Shown here: in pieces, positions 56,230 to 64,000 of the stretch | Layout: every line of letters starts with the position of its first letter | How positions within the stretch are numbered: the stretch's first letter is position 1 | DNA from: Candidatus Marinacidobacterales bacterium | GTDB taxonomy: Bacteria > Acidobacteriota > Vicinamibacteria > Marinacidobacterales > DATDRI01 | Assembly (NCBI GenBank): GCA_965226495.1 | Contig: OZ245365.1 | Coordinates: 2,336,001-2,400,000 of the forward strand | Direction of reading: 5' to 3' | Length of the DNA stretch: 64,000 nucleotides | Notes under the pieces: generated by a model | What the model saw: the letters and a program-made list of their open reading frames with translations, nothing else | Databases searched by the model: none | What the model was told of the DNA's origin: nothing | Program-made: the position numbers and the translations under genes

Positions 56230-57804
56230 ATGGCAGTCAGGGCGCACGAAACCGTTCTCATACTTGATTTCGGCTCCCAGTATACGCAGTTGATCGCCCG
56301 CCGCCTCCGCGAGATGTCGGTCTACTGCGAGATTCTTCCTTTCTCCACGCCGCTTGATGAGATCCGCCGGCGCCTGCAAGGTCCGCAAAACCCGCAAAAT
56401 AAGCTGCGAGGGCTCATTCTTTCCGGTGGCCCCCAAAGCGTCTATGAGCCCGACGCACCGCGCTGCAGCCCGAGTCTTCTGGACCTCGAGGTTCCGGTCC
56501 TGGGCATCTGTTACGGCATGCAACTGATGAGTCAGTTTCTGGGCTCCGAAGTTCGCCCCGCCGGGCGTCGCGAGTATGGCTTCGCGAACCTCCACTTTAA
56601 CGGCTCGAGTCGCTTGTTCGCCGGCATCGGCTCTCCGCTTCGAGTCTGGGCTAGCCACGGGGACTCCATCGAGAAAGCACCGGACGGATTCCGGGTCACC
56701 GCCCACACCGAGTCGGCGCCGGTCGCTGCATTCGAGGAGGTTGACCGCGGGCTATTCGGAGTGCAATTTCATCCCGAAGTCGCGCACACCGAACAGGGCA
56801 CGGCGATCTTGCGAAACTTCGCGTTCGATGTGTGTGGGCTCGCCGGGGATTGGAGCATGAGCTCCTTCACGCGCGAGTCTGTGGAAAGGATTAGCGAAAC
56901 GGTTGGTTCAGACTCGGTACTATGTGCGCTCTCCGGTGGAGTGGACTCCGCGGTCACGGCGCTTCTGGTGCACCGAGCCATCGGCGACCGGCTCACATGC
57001 GTTTTCGTGGACAACGGCCTTTTGAGGAAGAACGAAGCTGCACAGGTGATGGAGCGGTTCGGAGATAGGCTTCATCTTAAAGTCATTCATGCTGATGCCG
57101 CCGCACGTTTTCTCCGACGACTGAAGAACGTGGCCGATCCCGAAAAGAAACGAAAGATCATCGGCAGAGAGTTCATCGCGGTCTTCAAGGAAGAGGCCCG
57201 CAAGATCCCCGACGCCCGTTTCTTGGCCCAAGGGACTTTGTATCCGGACGTGATCGAGAGCGTGTCCCTCCGAGGTGCTTCCGACGTGATCAAAAGCCAT
57301 CACAACGTCGGTGGTCTTCCGCGCCGGCTCAAGTTCAAGCTCATCGAACCGCTCCGGGAGCTCTTCAAAGATGAAGTGCGCCAATTGGGTCTCGAGCTCG
57401 GACTAGATAAGATGTTCGTCCACCGCCAACCGTTCCCCGGCCCTGGCTTGGCGGTGCGAATTCTCGGTGGCGTGACCGCGGAGAGGTGCGCCATTCTCCG
57501 CGAGGCGGACGATGTTCTCCAGTCGGAAATCAAGAGGGCCGGTCTATACGAGAAAATATGGCAATCCTTCGCGGTCCTGCTGCCGGTGAAAAGTGTAGGC
57601 GTGATGGGAGACGCTCGGACTTATGAGAACGCGATTGCGATCCGGGCTGTGGAGAGCGTAGACGGCATGACCGCGGATTGGGCGAAGCTGCCAGCGGAGC
57701 TCCTGGAAAGAGTATCCAGCCGGATCATCGGTGAGGTCCGAGGGGTCAACCGCGTGGTATACGATATCTCGTCCAAGCCACCGGCCACCATCGAATGGGA
57801 GTAG
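56230..57804 (+). CDS. guaA: GMP synthase (glutamine-hydrolysing)
   Basis: [43 protein letters not shown]. Confidence 0.98.
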   Translation: MAVRAHETVLILDFGSQYTQLIARRLREMSVYCEILPFSTPLDEIRRRLQGPQNPQNKLRGLILSGGPQSVYEPDAPRCSPSLLDLEVPVLGICYGMQLMSQFLGSEVRPAGRREYGFANLHFNGSSRLFAGIGSPLRVWASHGDSIEKAPDGFRVTAHTESAPVAAFEEVDRGLFGVQFHPEVAHTEQGTAILRNFAFDVCGLAGDWSMSSFTRESVERISETVGSDSVLCALSGGVDSAVTALLVHRAIGDRLTCVFVDNGLLRKNEAAQVMERFGDRLHLKVIHADAAARFLRRLKNVADPEKKRKIIGREFIAVFKEEARKIPDARFLAQGTLYPDVIESVSLRGASDVIKSHHNVGGLPRRLKFKLIEPLRELFKDEVRQLGLELGLDKMFVHRQPFPGPGLAVRILGGVTAERCAILREADDVLQSEIKRAGLYEKIWQSFAVLLPVKSVGVMGDARTYENAIAIRAVESVDGMTADWAKLPAELLERVSSRIIGEVRGVNRVVYDISSKPPATIEWE

Positions 57805-57810
57805 GCGAGC

Positions 57811-60800
57811 GTGCGGCCTTTCATACACCTTCACAACCATAGCGATTTCTCACTGCTCGACGGGGCGAGTCGCATTGAGGAAATCGTCGACCTCGCTGCG
57901 CGATTGAAGATGCCTGCGGTAGCACTCACCGACCACGGGAACATGTTCGGCGCCATCGCGTTTTTTCAAGCCGCTAAGGCAAAAGGCGTCAAGCCGATTC
58001 TAGGTTGTGAGATCTACGTCGCGCCGGGTAGTCGCTTCGACCGCACCCCCGGAGGCGGCATTTCCGATACCAACAACCACTTGGTCCTGCTGGCGGAAAG
58101 TTACAAAGGCTACACCAACCTCGTGAAGTTGGTGACCGCGGGTTACCTCGAGGGTTTTTACTATAGGCCACGAATCGACAAAGAGCTTCTCGCGACCCAC
58201 TCGGAGGGCCTGATCGGGCTCTCCGCATGTCTCAAAGGGGAAGTGCCTTCGGCCGCGCTCCGGGGCGCCGAGGCTGCCATGCTAAAGGCAGCCGGGACCT
58301 ACGAAGATATCCTAGGCAAGGGCAATTTCTTCCTCGAGATCCAAGACCAAGGGCTCGAAGAAGAAGTGACCGTGAATACGAGACTGATGACCTTGGCTCG
58401 GCAAACGGGTCTGCCGACGGTTGCTACCAACGACTGTCATTACATACGCCGCGAAGACGCCGTGGCCCACGACATTCTGCTTTGTATCGGGACCGGCAAG
58501 AAAGTAGCCGACGCGGAGCGGATGCGCTACCGGGGCGAGGAGTTCTACTTCAAGTCCTCGGAAGAGATGGCGGAGGTGTTCCAGGGCTACCAAGAAGCCT
58601 ACGACAACACACTGGCCATCGCGGAACGGGTCAGCTTGGATTTGGAACGTGACAACTTCCACCTCCCGCAGTTCGACGTACCCGAAGGAGAGACCCTCGA
58701 AGGGTACTTCGAAAAGGTCGTCACCGAGGGGTTCCTGGAGCGGATGAAACGGGTCGAGGAGCGCCACGCTGCCGGAGAGCTCCGCACCGGGACCGCCGAC
58801 TACGAGCCCCGGCTCAAGAGAGAGCTCGAAATCATCAAGAAAATGGGCTTCCCTGGCTACTTCCTCATCGTCTGGGATTTCATCCGCTTCGCGCGGGAGA
58901 AGGGGATTCCCGTCGGACCAGGTCGTGGTTCCGCCGCAGGGAGCCTCGTCGCCTTTTCTCTTCGCATCACCGACATCGATCCGTTGGAACACGGACTCAT
59001 CTTCGAGCGCTTCTTGAATCCCGAACGCATCAGCATGCCGGATATCGACATCGACTTCTGCGAGGCGCGCCGCGGGGAAGTCATCGACTACGTTACGCAG
59101 CGCTACGGCCGGGACAACGTCGCGCAGATCATTACCTTCGGGACGATGAAGGCCCGCGCTGTGACACGAGACGTGGGACGCGTTCTGGACGTGCCCTACG
59201 CGGAGGTGGATCGCATTGCGAAGATGATACCGGCGGCGCTGGATACGACGCTCGAGAAAGCGCTAGAAGAAGTGCCGCAGCTTCGCGAGGCCGCCGAAGC
59301 CGACCCGAGAATCGGCCGCCTCCTGGATGCGGCGAAACGTCTGGAAGGGGTCAGTCGGCACGCTTCGACGCACGCCGCGGGGGTCGTGATCGCGCCGAAA
59401 CCTCTCACCGAGTTTCTACCGCTTTACCGCGGGAGCCGAGGTGAAATCACGACCCAGTATGCGATGAAGGACATCGAAGACATCGGTCTTCTGAAGATGG
59501 ACTTCCTGGGTCTTCGCACCCTCACACTTATCGACAACTGCGTGAAGCTCATCGACAAGCAACTGGGAGAGCAGATCCAGCTCGACCGCTTGCCGCTCGA
59601 CGACGCTAAGACCTATCAGCTGTTTGCCGATGGGCAAACCTTTGGCATCTTCCAATTTGAAAGCGACGGGATGCGGGACATACTGCGTCGCTTCAAACCG
59701 GAAAAGCTATCGGACTTGACCGCATTGAATGCGCTCTACCGGCCCGGGCCCATCCGCAGCGGCATGATCGATGACTTCATCAAGCGTAAGCACGGCAAAG
59801 TCCCGGTGCGTTACGAAGTGCCGGAGCTGCAGGACATCCTCGAGGACACGCTGGGAGTGATGGTCTATCAGGAGCAGGTGATGCAGATCGCCTCGCGCCT
59901 GGCAGGTTTCAGCCTCGGTCAGGCGGATCTCCTCCGAAAGGCCATGGGTAAAAAGAAGGCCGATGTCATGGAGGCGCAACGAGAGAAGTTCATCACTGGG
60001 GCGGTCGCCAACAAAATCCCGGAGAAGAAGGCCAAGAAAATATTCGAATTGATGGAGCATTTCGGAGGTTACGGTTTCAACCGCTCGCACTCCGCCGCCT
60101 ATGCGCTCTTGGCTTTCCAAACCGCCTATCTGAAGGCGAACTTTCCGGTTTTCTTCATGGCGGCTCTGCTGACCTCGGAAAGACAAAACACCGATAAGGT
60201 GGTTCACTATTTGAGTGTTGGGCGAAAGATGGGTATCAAGATTCTCCCTCCCGACATCAACAAAAGCGCTTTGGATTTCACAGTGGTGGAAGGGGATATT
60301 CGTTTCGGCCTCGCCGCCATCAAGAACGTCGGAGAATCGGCCATCGAGTCGATCCTCGAGGCGCGGGCGACACGGGGAGGTAGCTTCGAGTCGCTCGTCG
60401 ATCTTTGCGAGGATGCGGATCTGCGTTTGGTGAACAAGAGAGTGCTCGAGGCGCTCATTAAGTCCAGCAGCCTCGACTCATTCGGAGGCCAACGCTCCCA
60501 GCTCTACGCGATGATCGACCGCGCCCTCGACCACGGACAGCGAGTCCAGCGGGAACGGGAGAGCGGGCAGGCGAACCTCTTCGGTGACGCCGAAACGACG
60601 CGGCGGCATCCTGAACTGATGAAGCTCCCCGACCTTCCCGAATGGAGTGAGAGAGAGCGGCTGGGTTTCGAAAAGGCGACGTTGGGTTTTTTCTTGAGCG
60701 GTCATCCGCTAGAGAGGTTTCGCGCTGAGCTCGAAAGCTACGCGAGTTGCACCACCGGCCAGATCATGGAGAAGGTCGGTGAGCGCCAAGTGGCTGTGGG

Positions 60801-61305
60801 AGGACTCATCGCGAGTGTGAAGACCCTCCGAACTCGCAAGGGAGACCCGATGGCGATCGTGCGACTGGAAGACCAAGAGGGCGCCGCAGAAGTCGTGGTA
60901 TTTCCAGACGCCTACAAGGAGTACTACGGGCTATTGAGTACCGACACTGAGGTGCTCGTCAAAGGAAAGCCGGAGGGCGGCGAAGATTTGCCCAAGATCT
61001 TGGCGAGCGAGCTCGTACTGCTCGAAGAAATGGGGCAGAGAGAAGCCTCCTCCATGACGGTGCGAGTTCAGATCGAGTCGTTCCTGGAAGACACGGTCCC
61101 GCACCTGCGGGAGCTTTTGGAGGCCAATCGAGGCGAGTGTCCCATCCGGTTCGAGCTCTTTCGTGACCACGAATTCTCGTTGGCTATGAAACCCCATCCT
61201 TATTTGAGGGTACAACCGAGCCCAGAGTTCGTCTCCAGCCTCGAGGCCATCTGCGGCCCGGGCTCGGTTCAGCTCTTCCGACAGGCGTCTGACCACGTTG
61301 ATTAG
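57811..61305 (+). CDS. dnaE: DNA polymerase III alpha subunit
   Basis: PHP domain HLHNHSDFSLLDG; GPGRGSAAGS; MPDIDIDF; no intein seen. Confidence 0.98.
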   Translation: MRPFIHLHNHSDFSLLDGASRIEEIVDLAARLKMPAVALTDHGNMFGAIAFFQAAKAKGVKPILGCEIYVAPGSRFDRTPGGGISDTNNHLVLLAESYKGYTNLVKLVTAGYLEGFYYRPRIDKELLATHSEGLIGLSACLKGEVPSAALRGAEAAMLKAAGTYEDILGKGNFFLEIQDQGLEEEVTVNTRLMTLARQTGLPTVATNDCHYIRREDAVAHDILLCIGTGKKVADAERMRYRGEEFYFKSSEEMAEVFQGYQEAYDNTLAIAERVSLDLERDNFHLPQFDVPEGETLEGYFEKVVTEGFLERMKRVEERHAAGELRTGTADYEPRLKRELEIIKKMGFPGYFLIVWDFIRFAREKGIPVGPGRGSAAGSLVAFSLRITDIDPLEHGLIFERFLNPERISMPDIDIDFCEARRGEVIDYVTQRYGRDNVAQIITFGTMKARAVTRDVGRVLDVPYAEVDRIAKMIPAALDTTLEKALEEVPQLREAAEADPRIGRLLDAAKRLEGVSRHASTHAAGVVIAPKPLTEFLPLYRGSRGEITTQYAMKDIEDIGLLKMDFLGLRTLTLIDNCVKLIDKQLGEQIQLDRLPLDDAKTYQLFADGQTFGIFQFESDGMRDILRRFKPEKLSDLTALNALYRPGPIRSGMIDDFIKRKHGKVPVRYEVPELQDILEDTLGVMVYQEQVMQIASRLAGFSLGQADLLRKAMGKKKADVMEAQREKFITGAVANKIPEKKAKKIFELMEHFGGYGFNRSHSAAYALLAFQTAYLKANFPVFFMAALLTSERQNTDKVVHYLSVGRKMGIKILPPDINKSALDFTVVEGDIRFGLAAIKNVGESAIESILEARATRGGSFESLVDLCEDADLRLVNKRVLEALIKSSSLDSFGGQRSQLYAMIDRALDHGQRVQRERESGQANLFGDAETTRRHPELMKLPDLPEWSERERLGFEKATLGFFLSGHPLERFRAELESYASCTTGQIMEKVGERQVAVGGLIASVKTLRTRKGDPMAIVRLEDQEGAAEVVVFPDAYKEYYGLLSTDTEVLVKGKPEGGEDLPKILASELVLLEEMGQREASSMTVRVQIESFLEDTVPHLRELLEANRGECPIRFELFRDHEFSLAMKPHPYLRVQPSPEFVSSLEAICGPGSVQLFRQASDHVD

Positions 61306-61377
61306 TGCGCCGACGTGTTTTGACGCCAAACATGAAAGACACGCAACTCTGACGGAGCAGGTTAGCAGGAGGTCGAC

Positions 61378-62208
61378 ATGATTAGCACTCTCATTCTGAG
61401 TAGCTGGCTTTTGTTCTCGGCTCAGGAAGAAACCATCATTAAGGTGGATAAGCTCGCGGATAACGTTTACCTGTACACGCACAACGCCCACCGCTCACTC
61501 TTCGTCGTGACCGATGACGGGATCTTGGTGACCGACCCACAGTCATCCGAAAGTGCGCCGCGCTATTTGGAGGAGGTGCGAAAGATCAGTCAGGCACCTA
61601 TCCGCTATGTGGTCTATAGCCACCACCACGATGATCACATCTCTGGCGGGGCGGTGTTCGGCGGTGAGGCGGTCGTCGTCGGACACGCCAATGTTCCAGG
61701 GCATCTTTCTGGCGATTCCGCGGGGAGCATCGTCCCGGTCGACGTGACGTTTTCGAACCTCATGTCGTTTCACCTTGGCGAACTGGAAGTGCAGCTCATC
61801 TACCCCGGCCCGTCCGAGACGGACAGCAACATCGTTGTGCTAGTCCCCGAACGCAAGGTCGCGTTCATGGTGGACGCGATCGCGTCTCGGAGGCTCCCCT
61901 GGCGCACGCTCGGAAACGCGGATCCCTACGAGTGGCTCGCCGCCCTCAAGGAGCTAGACGAGCTCGATTTCGAAATTCTGGCACCGGGCCACGGACCCAC
62001 CGGCACCAAGGCCAACGTGGGAGAGTACGTCCAGTACTTCACGGATCTCATCGAGGCGGTCAAAAAACGCGTGGACCAAGGGCAGACTTTGACGGAGATT
62101 CAGGAATCGCTGCAGCTCCCGGCCTACTCTGATTGGTTCCGCTACGATGAGCACCTGAAGCTCAACATAGAAGGCGTCTACCGGACACTCACGACCGACA
62201 CCGAGTAG
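61378..62208 (+). CDS. exported MBL-fold metallo-hydrolase
   Basis: YSHHHDDHISG, APGHG; AGGAGG RBS. Confidence 0.85.
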   Translation: MISTLILSSWLLFSAQEETIIKVDKLADNVYLYTHNAHRSLFVVTDDGILVTDPQSSESAPRYLEEVRKISQAPIRYVVYSHHHDDHISGGAVFGGEAVVVGHANVPGHLSGDSAGSIVPVDVTFSNLMSFHLGELEVQLIYPGPSETDSNIVVLVPERKVAFMVDAIASRRLPWRTLGNADPYEWLAALKELDELDFEILAPGHGPTGTKANVGEYVQYFTDLIEAVKKRVDQGQTLTEIQESLQLPAYSDWFRYDEHLKLNIEGVYRTLTTDTE

Positions 62209-62255
62209 CGGCGCGTCTTCTTCAGCAGGCTTCAATTGGCGCAGCCGGTGTCTTG

Positions 62256-63272
62256 TCAATATTGGCAACGGACGGCGGAAACCCACCCTTCTCCCGCCAT
62301 GAGGGCGGACGGAGTACGGACGTTCCTATCGTTATCGGGGAACTCGTTTCTCGGGAGTCGTTGAAGCATGAGGCGCATCGTGAGCTCCTCACGGCCGGAG
62401 AATCGCTCGACGGTGCCCCGGCGCCGGAAGGTATTCATAATGTCTTTCGTGCCGTCGGAATGGCCGAGGCCGAACATGTGCCCCAGCTCGTGAGGGGTGG
62501 TGGACGTGCGGACCCTCTCGATGGAATCGAATATCGCCGTTCCTCCGACGATCCCAAAGCCCTGGAATCGGCGCTTGGCGATCGCGGCGGCGCCTACCAT
62601 GTCGGGATCGTTGGGATCGACGACCATGTCGAAGACGACCGCACCGGGCGGTGGGTTGTCGGTGACGACGAAGAGGAGCTCGCCCCGTGTCGCCTTCCCG
62701 ATGTTGTCGGCGGCGGCGTTCACGGCTCGCATGGCGCGGAGGTCAGCTCTTATCTGCGAAGAGGGTACAACGTACGCCGCCGACTCGCCTAGAGGGATGC
62801 GTATCATGCCGCGCACCGTGCCATCTCCGGTGCCATACACGATGAGTCTTGTAAACTCTTCGTTGAGGCTATTCGCGTGGTCAAGCGGCCATAGAGTTAA
62901 CCGTGTAGTGTCGGGCATACGAAGGAGGGTTCGCCGACGGAGAAAGCCCTCGGCGATGATGTCCAGCCGGGTGTCCCGTCCGACTCCGCTAGATAGGGTT
63001 ACGCGACCGTTCTCGTCGGTTTCGTAGAGGGTTCCCTCGACCTTCACCTGGGCAGCGACGACGGGCGCCCCACCCGCACCGGACACGATTCGCAGAACCG
63101 TCCCGGCGGGGAGCGTGCCAGTAGAAAGGAGATTCGGGGTACTGCTTGTACCGGGGGACGTCGTACTGCGAGACAGCAGCGTCGGCGAGGTTGGGGTGTC
63201 GTCGCTGCAGCTCACCATGAGGGCGAGGATGAGCAGGAGCCTGACTCTTCGTGCCAGAGGCATCACGGCCAT
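62256..63272 (-). CDS. lipoprotein matrixin-family (M10-like) metalloprotease
   Basis: Lipobox LMVSC; HELGHMFGLGH; DIM Met-turn. Confidence 0.8.
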   Translation of the reverse strand: MAVMPLARRVRLLLILALMVSCSDDTPTSPTLLSRSTTSPGTSSTPNLLSTGTLPAGTVLRIVSGAGGAPVVAAQVKVEGTLYETDENGRVTLSSGVGRDTRLDIIAEGFLRRRTLLRMPDTTRLTLWPLDHANSLNEEFTRLIVYGTGDGTVRGMIRIPLGESAAYVVPSSQIRADLRAMRAVNAAADNIGKATRGELLFVVTDNPPPGAVVFDMVVDPNDPDMVGAAAIAKRRFQGFGIVGGTAIFDSIERVRTSTTPHELGHMFGLGHSDGTKDIMNTFRRRGTVERFSGREELTMRLMLQRLPRNEFPDNDRNVRTPSALMAGEGWVSAVRCQY

Positions 63273-63434
63273 TTGTCGTCCGAATATGACATCTTTTCGT
63301 ATCGCAAATGGAGTTGAAGCGCAAATGGAACAGGGGGGGCCCGTTGGGTCGGGTACATCTTCTTGATCGGGCCAAAAGGCCAGGCTAGGACCGCCCTTCC
63401 AGTGCCTCGCGGTTTCCTGCTAGACTGGGCTGTT

Positions 63435-64000
63435 ATGGTAGCGGAATCGCTTGGATTCGAAGCACCTCTGGTAGCTCTCCAGAAGGAAATCGAATCGCTC
63501 ACCGGCTACCCGAAAGAGGCCAACAAGGAGCAAGAAGTTGCCCGGCTCCAGGAAAAGCTGGAGCGGATGCGGCGGGACATCTACTCCCGGCTCACCCCCT
63601 GGCAAAAAGTGCAGGTAGCACGGCACCCGCAGAGACCCTACCTGCGAGATTTCATTCAGCTGCTTTTCCGCGATTTCATCGAAATCCACGGCGATCGCCG
63701 CTTCGGAGACGATCCGGCGATGGTCGCGGGAATGGCTTGGTATCACGACCGCCCGGTCTTCGTGGTGGGGCACCAAAAGGGACGGGACACCAACCAGAAG
63801 ATTTTTCGCAATTTCGGGATGTCCAAGCCGGAGGGGTATCGCAAGGCGCTCCGCGTGATGCGCTTGGCGGAAAAGTTCCAACGTCCGGTCTTCGCGTTCG
63901 TCGATACACCGGGAGCCTATCCGGGCCTTGACGCGGAGGAACGCGGGCAGGCAGAGGCAATCGCCTACAACATCCGCGAGATCTCTCGCCTCGATACGCC
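63435..64000 (+). CDS. accA: acetyl-CoA carboxylase carboxyltransferase alpha (runs off the window)
   Basis: Read by hand: LTPWQKVQVARHPQRP, HGDRRFGDD, GHQKGRDT, PEGYRKALR, DTPGAYPG..AEERGQ. Confidence 0.95.
   Translation, partial: MVAESLGFEAPLVALQKEIESLTGYPKEANKEQEVARLQEKLERMRRDIYSRLTPWQKVQVARHPQRPYLRDFIQLLFRDFIEIHGDRRFGDDPAMVAGMAWYHDRPVFVVGHQKGRDTNQKIFRNFGMSKPEGYRKALRVMRLAEKFQRPVFAFVDTPGAYPGLDAEERGQAEAIAYNIREISRLDT

Noticed and set aside
57811-61305. Intein or split in dnaE
   Set aside because: Length (1164 aa) and motif spacing are ordinary, with no intein termini

Overview
GC-rich bacterial chromosomal window. Gene content (ECF sigma/Ser-Thr kinase modules, psd-pssA-asd-like cluster, large NtrY-like kinase) suggests an Acidobacteriota-like organism, which is an inference. 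The housekeeping backbone is ptrB, sppA, agmatinase, mutS, tsaB-rimI, psd-pssA, guaA-dnaE and a partial accA. Three accessory blocks stand out. (1) 2540-4520: an arsM-arsN2 arsenic operon led by a Cys-rich MarR regulator, with three copies of a candidate operator TTGYA-N3-TRCAA. (2) 6616-18595: a nine-gene minus-strand operon for an apparently uncharacterised envelope machine. It has a MotA/TolQ/ExbB subunit, two ExbD/MotB-like membrane anchors fused to coiled-coil+VWA domains, a degenerate Hsp70/actin-fold+FHA protein, an FHA-PEGA-SUMF1 protein, a membrane Ser/Thr kinase-TPR and three exported proteins. (3) About 31726-49420: an island bounded by an HNH gene and an IS481 remnant. It carries an ECF sigma, two paralogous Ser/Thr kinase-TPR genes, a 20-codon ECF relic and three large secreted proteins, each preceded by the same 56-bp motif (probable ECF promoter); two of them share a C-terminal domain. 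The agmatinase gene appears to start at ATT. No rRNA, tRNA or CRISPR array was seen.
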